This document shows positions 56,892 to 64,000 of a DNA stretch of 64,000 nucleotides, one piece after another. Every line of letters starts with the position of its first letter. The stretch's first letter is position 1. A model generated the notes under the pieces. That model saw only the letters and a program-made list of their open reading frames with translations. It was not told where the DNA came from and searched no databases. The stretch lies in sequence record NC_070950.1; one strand, given 5' to 3'. The translations under genes and the position numbers were made by a program.

Positions 56892-57350
56892 ATGAAAAGC
56901 ATCGTTTTAGTTTTACTCTCTTTCTTTTCCGCTTCCGTATTTGCTGGTGCAATGGGAATGGTCGATCCTCTGGACGTTGTAGGTGATCGTTGTGCCCCAG
57001 GTGATATCGTCTTTTACGGTCAAACTGAAAAAGGACATAAAGAAGTTCTCGTCTGCCGTTGGGACAATGATGTCTTTTACTCCTACGGTAAGATCGGTCA
57101 GAAACCCGAGCTGTATCTCAAAGTCAACGTTCGCGACGTAAGGGCTCAGGTTGAAGACACCGACAACACCAGCGGCGAACAAGTCATTATCAAAAATGGT
57201 AATGTGCTTTATTACGTTGGCGCGAAATCTTACTTCAACGAAGCCAAAGATGTAGGTTGGGTTAACGTTACCGATACCGATGGTAAAAAGATCGTTAACA
57301 TTCCACTGGTAGGCAGCGGAACCATAAGCGATATCCGTAACCAATTTTAA
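56892..57350 (+). CDS. Exported hypothetical protein
   Basis: Signal peptide MKSIVLVLLSFFSASVFA; Cys pair; YSYGKIGQKPEL. Confidence 0.8.
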   Translation: MKSIVLVLLSFFSASVFAGAMGMVDPLDVVGDRCAPGDIVFYGQTEKGHKEVLVCRWDNDVFYSYGKIGQKPELYLKVNVRDVRAQVEDTDNTSGEQVIIKNGNVLYYVGAKSYFNEAKDVGWVNVTDTDGKKIVNIPLVGSGTISDIRNQF

Positions 57351-57364
57351 CTGAGAAGATTAAG

Positions 57365-57712
57365 ATGACGTATAAAGAGCTCAACGAACTACTCTCTACC
57401 AAAACACCGACCGAACAGTTTGTTTGGTTGGAAGCTGAAGTTAAACGCCTCGGTCTCGAGATCACCGATAAGCGCCACGCCGATTGGATGACTGAAGGAA
57501 AGCAAGATCCTTTCGGAGGACAGTATGACGGCGATGACCGCCCGCATCAGTCTCAACGTACCGACTATGTCGTAGGGAACGCGGTTTACCTGGCGGATCG
57601 GCACGACCTCAGTCTCATCGCTCAACAAACCGAAGCTAAAGAACGCATCCGCTGGCTATCCCGGCAGTTGTATAAACATCGATTAATCCAGGCCATCCTT
57701 TTAGCCGAATAA
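57365..57712 (+). CDS. Hypothetical phage protein
   Basis: 115 aa; DW...G..DP.G..YD and AKERIRWLSR motifs. Confidence 0.75.
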   Translation: MTYKELNELLSTKTPTEQFVWLEAEVKRLGLEITDKRHADWMTEGKQDPFGGQYDGDDRPHQSQRTDYVVGNAVYLADRHDLSLIAQQTEAKERIRWLSRQLYKHRLIQAILLAE

Positions 57713-57725
57713 CAAAGGTATCACC

Positions 57726-58079
57726 GTGAAAAACATTTTAGGTCTCATCATCCTGTTCTTTCTGGCAACAACCCCGGCCCGAGCCCACTTGTTTGGACCG
57801 GTGGACCAAGTCAACATCCGTGGTTACGAAACGACTCTGATCAACATGCGGTTAAAATCGGATCGTAACGACTACTACGCGTTTAGCGTCGGAGACGTCA
57901 CTAAGGTGGACAGTAAGGGCAATCCGGTTAAGATGTACGTGATGGCTGGCATGGAAGCCATTTTCCCGATGACCATCAGTAACAAGTACATTAAAAACGA
58001 CCACATCAAGATCTGTTCCTGGCCTCTTGATGCCCACTCGCAATTCACCGGAAAGGTATGCTTCGATGTTCGCGTATAA
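57726..58079 (+). CDS. Exported Ig-like / pilus-chaperone-like protein (gene 1 of trio)
   Basis: GTG start after AAAGG; signal peptide ending ARA; alternating beta strands; C-terminal ICS...KVC Cys pair. Confidence 0.7.
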   Translation: MKNILGLIILFFLATTPARAHLFGPVDQVNIRGYETTLINMRLKSDRNDYYAFSVGDVTKVDSKGNPVKMYVMAGMEAIFPMTISNKYIKNDHIKICSWPLDAHSQFTGKVCFDVRV

Positions 58080-58461
58080 AACACTCATCATCCTCATTGC
58101 AGCGTTTTTCACTAACCTGGCGTTAGCTGACGCACCCTACATGACTAACAACACCGCCTCGTCTTCTGAACGAGTACAGGTCGGTGATGTGAGTTGCGAT
58201 TCTTCTAAACCACAGTCGACTATTAATATAGGAGCTTACGGTAACAACGGCAATCGTTACAGTTACGAAGATTCTGATAAAGGCGGGTTCGTATCCATCT
58301 CCATCCCTATCGGGGAATCTGCCGTAAAGACGGATTGCTCGCGCCTCTATGACTTAGGCGTGAAGATGAAAGAAGTTGAATTAAAACAGCGTGAAATGGC
58401 TGTTGCTGCCGCCGAAGAAAACCTTCGGCTCCAACAGCAGCGAGCTTTAGATTTCAAATAA
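58066..58461 (+). CDS. Exported protein with a beta region and C-terminal coiled coil (gene 2 of trio)
   Basis: Start moved to ATG 58066 after GAAAGG; signal peptide ending ALA; GDVSC...SISIPIG...DCSRLY then heptads. Confidence 0.75.
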   Translation: MFAYKTLIILIAAFFTNLALADAPYMTNNTASSSERVQVGDVSCDSSKPQSTINIGAYGNNGNRYSYEDSDKGGFVSISIPIGESAVKTDCSRLYDLGVKMKEVELKQREMAVAAAEENLRLQQQRALDFK

Positions 58462-58506
58462 CCAACCTTAACGTTATACCAACCAACCCAACAGGAAAAT
58501 TCCTAA

Positions 58507-58998
58507 ATGAAAAAGATCATGATCGCTATTGCTCTTCTGTCTACCACAGCATTCGCCAACGCCGCTTCTGAGCAGGTATGGAACGCGTCTCTCACCAACA
58601 GCCAAATCACCTGCGGCATCGACTACACCGGCGGCACCCAGGTTGAAGGCGGTATTCTTACCGCTAACGAAAGCGGGACGAATACATCCAAAGCGATTTC
58701 CTTCACCCTGATCGCGAACACGCAAAACGTCAACTGGCAGATCACCGAAGCCAAACTGGTTCAAAACACCGGCCGGTTTGATTTCAGCGATAACCTGCTG
58801 AGTGTAAACGATAAGACCAAAACGTCGGTCTACATCAACGATCAGGAATACGCGTGGCCTGACGCCGCTCAAGCTAAAGCGTTGGCCAGCAATTCTCGCG
58901 TGATCAAACTGGCGCCGAAAATCAATCTGGAACAGTCGGTCTTCCCGATTGGCCAAACAAGGATCGCTGGGAAAATTGTGATTACGTGCACGCAGTAA
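58507..58998 (+). CDS. Exported pilin/fimbrial-subunit-like protein (gene 3 of trio)
   Basis: Signal peptide ending ANA; Cys near each mature terminus (ITC ... VITC); terminal alternating strand. Confidence 0.75.
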   Translation: MKKIMIAIALLSTTAFANAASEQVWNASLTNSQITCGIDYTGGTQVEGGILTANESGTNTSKAISFTLIANTQNVNWQITEAKLVQNTGRFDFSDNLLSVNDKTKTSVYINDQEYAWPDAAQAKALASNSRVIKLAPKINLEQSVFPIGQTRIAGKIVITCTQ

Positions 58999-59012
58999 AT
59001 TAGGTTTACTTA

Positions 59013-59048
59013 TTTTAACCTACCGACCGGTTGGTCGGTAGGTTAAAA
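59013..59048. terminator. Intrinsic terminator closing the trio
   Basis: 16-bp stem TTTTAACCTACCGACC-GGTT-GGTCGGTAGGTTAAAA. Confidence 0.85.
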
Positions 59049-59069
59049 ACTTTTAAGTAAGGATATGAA

Positions 59070-60089
59070 ATGGGGCGGCTACCAACGAAATCTAAACATG
59101 AAATATACCTTGAAAGAGTTAAATTAAAACATAATAATTTTTATGATTACTCTAAAACTATCTTTACCGGGTCTCTGAACACAGTAAAAATAATTTGTCC
59201 TATTCACGGTGAATTCGAACAACGAGCATCCAAACATTTAGAGGGGTGTGGGTGTAAACAATGTGGAACCGACCGACAGCGAAAGGCTCTAAATAAAACA
59301 ACGGAAGATTTCATTAAAGAAGCCAAGGCAATTCACGGAGAAACATACGACTACTCACAAACGGTTTACTCAAATGGCCACTTCCCGGTAAAAATAATTT
59401 GCAGAACTCACGGTGTATTCTATCAGACGCCCTCCAATCACATTGGAGCGCATAAACATGGGTGTCAAAAATGTGTCTATGATAGCTTACGACTCGGATC
59501 TAAAATATTCATTGATCGGGCGAAAGAAGTGCATGGCGATAGGTACGATTATTCTAAAGTCGTTTACAATAAAAACTCTGAAGAGGTCGTCATCGTTTGT
59601 AAAGAACATGGGGAGTTCAAACAAACACCAAATACCCACACTGTCGACAAATCAGGGTGTCCCAGCTGTTCCAAAAAATTCACCAGAATGGTTCCGCTAA
59701 CGGTTTACTTTATAGTAAGCGAGGACCTTAAATTCATCAAGATAGGTGTTACACGATCTTTAGTAGGTAGATTAAAAACTCTCTTCTCTGCACGCCACAC
59801 CAAATTAATAGGATTCAATTCTTTCTTTTACACTAGAAAGTTTTATTCTGATGGTTACGAGGCTGGAGAAGCGGAGCGTAGTTTCAAAAATATGTTTTCA
59901 GAGTATAACGCCGGTTTCCTTATTGAAGGCTACTCTGGATCAACAGAATGGTTCAAGCTTAACCAAATAATTCTTAACTGGATAAAGGAGAATATAGACG
60001 ATCAACTCGATTTAACAGCACCGCCCTCTAACGCACGGTTAGGTTTAGACTCGATTCCTGGACAACCCGCATCCAAGGCAAGATTGTGA
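59070..60089 (+). mobile_element. Free-standing homing endonuclease: three Zn-ribbon repeats plus a GIY-YIG-like (T5orf172-type) domain
   Basis: 3x F....K..HG..YDYS...Y......V.I.C..HG.F.Q....H....GC..C; then VYFI.....IKIGVT....RL..L. Confidence 0.8.
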
Positions 60090-60126
60090 TCAACTGCATT
60101 CAGTAATCGTCATCTGTACTTCTTCA

Positions 60127-60149
60127 ATAGGGGGAACGCTTCCCCTATT
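60127..60149 (+). terminator. Intrinsic terminator
   Basis: AATAGGGGAA-CGC-TTCCCCTATT followed by T residues. Confidence 0.65.
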
Positions 60150-60179
60150 TTTCTCCATCTCACTTTTAGGAAAACACAA

Positions 60180-60578
60180 ATGTCTACTATCTCTCAAAAC
60201 TCAACTACTGATATGAACGGCAAAGTGACTTTTAATAAAGGCGCTTTCCCGCAGCTGATGACCCCAACTTTCATGATCTTCATCTGGGCCTATCAGCCGG
60301 TTATGAACGCCATCCAGGGCTGGAACCCGGCCATCGGTTTCATCTTCGCCTTTGTCGTCTTCCTGATCTGGTTTTGTCATGACCGCGCATTCTTGGCTTC
60401 ACAAGGTGCGTTCGTCCCTCACTGGCTTTGGTTCCTTTTCGTTCCGGTGTATATCTATAAACGCCAGAAACGTAACGGTAATAGCCGTTGGTGGGTTGTC
60501 TTCTGGCTGATCAGTGTATTAATGGGTCTGGTGGTTTCCGCCGCCACTATGGCAGTATTCCATCCCCAGGGTTACTAA
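60180..60578 (+). CDS. Multi-pass membrane protein
   Basis: About four TM segments; WLWFLFVPVYIYKR motif. Confidence 0.8.
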   Translation: MSTISQNSTTDMNGKVTFNKGAFPQLMTPTFMIFIWAYQPVMNAIQGWNPAIGFIFAFVVFLIWFCHDRAFLASQGAFVPHWLWFLFVPVYIYKRQKRNGNSRWWVVFWLISVLMGLVVSAATMAVFHPQGY

Positions 60579-60585
60579 TTTCATA

Positions 60586-60609
60586 TGTGAGGCGGAATTC
60601 CGCCTCACA
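60586..60609. terminator. Perfect 24-nt palindrome, probable terminator
   Basis: TGTGAGGCGGAATTCCGCCTCACA. Confidence 0.7.
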
Positions 60610-60653
60610 AAAACTCTCTTTTATTTTTTATTTATTTCTTAGGAATAAACATC

Positions 60654-61298
60654 ATGGCAACTCCACGTAAAAAGAAACCTGCAACAAAAAACCGCATGAC
60701 TTTCGAACAAAAACGTCTGTCTGAAATCATTAAGAAAGTCTATCACGAGCTTTATTTTGTCGGGGCGTCTTTTTATAAACCGACGGCGGTCAACGCCAAT
60801 AAGCTCTTCTTGGGCGCTCAGGGCAAGGAAGTGCATACCGCCAGGAGAATTCTATTAGATCATTTGATCAGCCTTAAGACGAACTGGCCTTTATGGGTTG
60901 GGTGTTTCTTCAATACCCCTAATGGAATCTCTGTGGCTACCGCAGACTCTTTATGGGAAGCAGAGACGATGTTATCCTTCGGGGGACAGTTCAATAAAAG
61001 AATAGAGACTGTGGTAGATGGCATCATCGAAGCTGAAAATGACCCCGACTGCACTCGGGAAACATTGATAGGCTACGGATATTTCTTTAGCCACTGCGAC
61101 ATCTACAACATGTCTGGGACAGACGAACGTTTAGTAAAACTGATGCTCCCCTATATGGATAAACATTTGGCTAAAGAAGTTAAACCAGAAGACGTCGTCG
61201 TTAGCACAGACCTTTTGATCGAATCAATAGTCAAACGTGGTGGGGTCGCTAAAGATGGCAAAATCGAAGAATACATCGAGGTGTCGGAGGAGTGGTGA
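60654..61298 (+). CDS. Hypothetical protein
   Basis: 214 aa, basic N-terminus, TTAGGAA RBS. Confidence 0.8.
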   Translation: MATPRKKKPATKNRMTFEQKRLSEIIKKVYHELYFVGASFYKPTAVNANKLFLGAQGKEVHTARRILLDHLISLKTNWPLWVGCFFNTPNGISVATADSLWEAETMLSFGGQFNKRIETVVDGIIEAENDPDCTRETLIGYGYFFSHCDIYNMSGTDERLVKLMLPYMDKHLAKEVKPEDVVVSTDLLIESIVKRGGVAKDGKIEEYIEVSEEW

Positions 61299-61852
61299 AA
61301 CGATTATACCTGTTACTCATTTTGCTCGGATTAAGTTTTAGTAGTTTGGCCAGAGTCGACATCGTCCTGGTCTGTAACAAAGTTGGAGAGACCAAAGGAA
61401 CTGGGGTTGTTAAACCGACTCTTTACAACACCGACATCAATTATTTTATAATTTCCAAAAATAAAATCTCGTTACTTAATGGGCGTTACGGTGGGGTTCT
61501 TATGGAACTGCCTTTTTTCCTTTTTCATGATAAAGGAAAAATAGAAGGTAGTGGGACTGCTGGGTACGATAAGATCGATCTCGGTTTTACTAACGGCGAC
61601 CTCGTCATAAACCTCACTAGGTTCACGAAATTCATAGCGACCCCGGATAACAAAGAGAACAAAGTAGATAAAACGATTGAGTTCTCAGAATGTTATATTT
61701 TGGATCGGATTATCACGCCTGATGTAGAAGAAGCAGTACCTTTCTCTGAAACTGATAATAGTGATGTTAAAGGCAGAAGAGGTCCTGGTCCGGGACCTGG
61801 TCCGGCTAATCCAGGCGGTCACCCCAACGGTCCTCCGGGACCACCCCGTTAA
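61292..61852 (+). CDS. Exported hypothetical protein with a Gly/Pro-rich tail
   Basis: Signal peptide ending SLA; Cys near each end of the domain; ends RRGPGPGPGPANPGGHPNGPPGPPR. Confidence 0.75.
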   Translation: MVKRLYLLLILLGLSFSSLARVDIVLVCNKVGETKGTGVVKPTLYNTDINYFIISKNKISLLNGRYGGVLMELPFFLFHDKGKIEGSGTAGYDKIDLGFTNGDLVINLTRFTKFIATPDNKENKVDKTIEFSECYILDRIITPDVEEAVPFSETDNSDVKGRRGPGPGPGPANPGGHPNGPPGPPR

Positions 61853-61870
61853 TTACTCAAAGGAAATATC

Positions 61871-62488
61871 GTGGAAAAAACTATTTTTGACAAGATCGTC
61901 GACTGGTCTACTGAACGCAATATCATCACCGCGGGCAAGCCTTCCGGCCAAGTCCTTAAAGTCATGGAAGAAATGGGAGAAATCGCGGGCGGCGTTGCTC
62001 GCAATAAACTCGATTTGATCAAAGATGCCGTAGGTGATGTTTTGGTCATCATGACCAACGTCGCTAAGATGTACGGGGTTGAACCGTCTTCTGTTATTAC
62101 CTTTGACGAAGATGAACGAGGAGGGCATTTTGAATGGAGCGCAGGTACGATTGGGTTGATCGCGGACATGTACGCCTTTTGGGGGGAAGCTTTTAGCCTT
62201 GTAGAAGATCACGACGTCGAGCGCAATTTTACCGACCTAGACGCCGTCTATTATCCGGTACTCAATATCCTTTATGAGATCGCCCGCCGTTATAACTTTA
62301 CGTTGCAGGAAGCCATCGAAGCGTCTTACGACGAGATTAAAGATCGTAAGGGGGTTTTCTATAATGACGTCTTCGTTAAAGAAGCTGACTTTACTCCGGC
62401 TTGGGCGGTTGAGACGTTAGTGGATAAAGGTCTGTCGATGTCGGCTCGAGGATATCTCTCCCATTGGTTGGCGAGACAAGCCGGTTAG
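61871..62488 (+). CDS. mazG: MazG-like nucleotide pyrophosphohydrolase
   Basis: Q.LKVMEEMGEIA...IKDAVGD; EA.EASYDEIKDRKG.....FVKEAD; internal insertion. Confidence 0.85.
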   Translation: MEKTIFDKIVDWSTERNIITAGKPSGQVLKVMEEMGEIAGGVARNKLDLIKDAVGDVLVIMTNVAKMYGVEPSSVITFDEDERGGHFEWSAGTIGLIADMYAFWGEAFSLVEDHDVERNFTDLDAVYYPVLNILYEIARRYNFTLQEAIEASYDEIKDRKGVFYNDVFVKEADFTPAWAVETLVDKGLSMSARGYLSHWLARQAG

Positions 62489-62534
62489 TAATCTTTGTGG
62501 GTGGGGCTTCCCACCCCCTATTTAGGAGAAAATT

Positions 62535-62810
62535 ATGGCTCAGGCGCCATCCATAGTTTATTATGCTGCACGCACCACACCGACGGGAATTCTTTTGGTT
62601 GGTCAGGATCCTGACACCAAAGAGGTTCGTAAGTTCGATGTACCTAAAGATAAGCTGAACGCCAAATTAGGCGAGAAGTTTCGTTTGAGTTTCGGGGAGT
62701 TTCTCAGGGAAGATGAGCCTGACCCGATTATCTTCAGGGTTCATGATCTGAGTAAACCCAAAAAGAAACTCAATCCAAATAAGAAACATGCTAAAAGGAA
62801 AAGAAAATGA
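62535..62810 (+). CDS. Hypothetical protein with a basic tail
   Basis: 91 aa, AGGAG RBS. Confidence 0.75.
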   Translation: MAQAPSIVYYAARTTPTGILLVGQDPDTKEVRKFDVPKDKLNAKLGEKFRLSFGEFLREDEPDPIIFRVHDLSKPKKKLNPNKKHAKRKRK

Positions 62811-63016
62811 TCACGGAGATAGTAACTATCGTACTATGTTACTTCGCCGGAGGGTGGTTTTTACATTTACTCTGGTGGCGTAATCAGAGAGCTCCAAAAG
62901 AAGGCTACGTCAAAACGTTATTCAAAGCCTGGCTTAGTCCTATATGGCATCTGTTTATTCTTATCGGCCATGCGTTCAAACGGGTAAGTGAATTCTTTTT
63001 GGAAATCTTTAAGTAG
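62807..63016 (+). CDS. Small membrane protein
   Basis: Hydrophobic, ATGA overlap. Confidence 0.7.
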   Translation: MITEIVTIVLCYFAGGWFLHLLWWRNQRAPKEGYVKTLFKAWLSPIWHLFILIGHAFKRVSEFFLEIFK

Positions 63017-63018
63017 TC

Positions 63019-63243
63019 ATGTTAGAGTTTAAAATTAAATGCGTCAGAGGAAGACGGATGTATAAACTGTTTTCCTTTTTAAGGGAAGTTCTTTACGGGA
63101 GAGGGGTGATTTCTTCTACAGCGATTGACTGGGAGTTGGGAGAAATCACTTTGAGTATCTTTGCGCCGGGAGAAGAAGAAACACTGACAGAAGAAATAAA
63201 ACAGTATTGCGAACAACACAGCTCATTGACTTTTCTATCCTAG
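63019..63243 (+). CDS. Hypothetical protein
   Basis: 74 aa in a co-oriented run. Confidence 0.6.
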   Translation: MLEFKIKCVRGRRMYKLFSFLREVLYGRGVISSTAIDWELGEITLSIFAPGEEETLTEEIKQYCEQHSSLTFLS

Positions 63244-63267
63244 TCTATCTTTTTAGGAACCAACATC

Positions 63268-63516
63268 ATGATGAATAGGTTGAAGTTAAGACTAAAGAAA
63301 AACCTTTCTAAGACCTATCGACAATCCATTAGGTTTGAATCAGATTACCGCTATAGGGTTATCGACCTCGGCAATCATTTTCGTATTGAAAAAAGGATCT
63401 CCGGATATTGGATATTTGCACACTGGATGCGTTTACCGGTTATTTTTAATACCTACGACAGGGCTAAGAACAAGATCATTATTCTCGGCATTCATCACAC
63501 GTTTAAACTCAACTAA
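63268..63516 (+). CDS. Hypothetical basic protein
   Basis: 82 aa, TTTAGGAA RBS. Confidence 0.65.
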   Translation: MMNRLKLRLKKNLSKTYRQSIRFESDYRYRVIDLGNHFRIEKRISGYWIFAHWMRLPVIFNTYDRAKNKIIILGIHHTFKLN

Positions 63517-63545
63517 TCGATTCACTACTAATTAAGGAAACAAAA

Positions 63546-63968
63546 ATGTATTTATGGTTATTTCGCATTTTAATGGTAATTGCTGTTGCGCTCAATCTTT
63601 ATGGGACGTCGGTTGGTAGCGAGCAAATCGTTTCGTTCGCTGACTGGTTATTTTTACTCTTCACGTCATTCACGATAGGTTGTGTTATCGCTTTGTGTTT
63701 AGTTTACGCCACCCTATTCGCAGCGGGTCAAAAAGTCAAAGATATAGCTAAGAATATCTTAGCTAAAAACGAAGAACGTAAGAAAAAATCATGGTACGGT
63801 CTCAGGGTATGTGTCGGTCGTATCTGGGTATTTGGTTTCATGGCGTTTATGGCTTACTCAGGTTCACCTATTTTGGCTACGCTCAGCATCGTCTTCGTAT
63901 TGATGTCATATGGGCTGAGTTCTTTGATCATGACAAAGGTAAAAGACGTTGTCGCTAAGGAGATTTAA
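63546..63968 (+). CDS. Multi-pass membrane protein
   Basis: About four TM segments, AAGGA RBS. Confidence 0.75.
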   Translation: MYLWLFRILMVIAVALNLYGTSVGSEQIVSFADWLFLLFTSFTIGCVIALCLVYATLFAAGQKVKDIAKNILAKNEERKKKSWYGLRVCVGRIWVFGFMAFMAYSGSPILATLSIVFVLMSYGLSSLIMTKVKDVVAKEI

Positions 63969-64000
63969 TGGAGAATATCTCTTTCGGCGATTACCGAAGA

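Noticed and set aside
58474-58956. 160-aa minus-strand ORF over the pilin-like gene
   Set aside because: It is the antisense shadow of 58507-58998, which has an RBS and a signal peptide. 56913-57344 is the same case.
59070-60089. Group I intron around the endonuclease
   Set aside because: Both flanking genes are complete and terminator-bounded; there are no split exons.
20596-60600. Restriction sites (GGATCC, CCTAGG, GATATC, GAATTC) at palindrome centres as decoys
   Set aside because: Any perfect palindrome has a 6-bp palindromic centre, so this is not independent evidence.
60654-60700. NLS-like PRKKKP as a phage-nucleus import signal
   Set aside because: Basic N-termini are common here, and phage-nucleus import is not known to use eukaryotic-type NLS.

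Overview
This window is phage DNA, not bacterial. It is a dense, almost entirely + strand segment of an AT-rich jumbo myovirus. The paralogous tail proteins, central-spike gene and divergent SbcC-like ATPase resemble the phiKZ-like (Chimalliviridae) layout. An enterobacterial host is inferred from the PhoH and tailspike modules. Housekeeping genes include an NAD-dependent ligase, RNase HI, HslU, DHFR, a HAD phosphatase and MazG. The most interesting parts are: (1) a three-gene operon of exported, Cys-paired, pilin/chaperone-like proteins (57726-58998); (2) five receptor-binding or depolymerase genes, four sharing one N-terminal module, plus a tail protein ending in six regular D-x3-N-x3-P repeats; (3) candidate anti-signalling defence genes (Acb1-like, two Tad2/DUF2829-like); (4) an ORF-free, structured ncRNA candidate near 23250-23450; (5) an orphan QueC-like PP-loop enzyme. 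No tRNA, rRNA, CRISPR array or integrase was seen. All family assignments come from motif recognition by eye; no database search was run.
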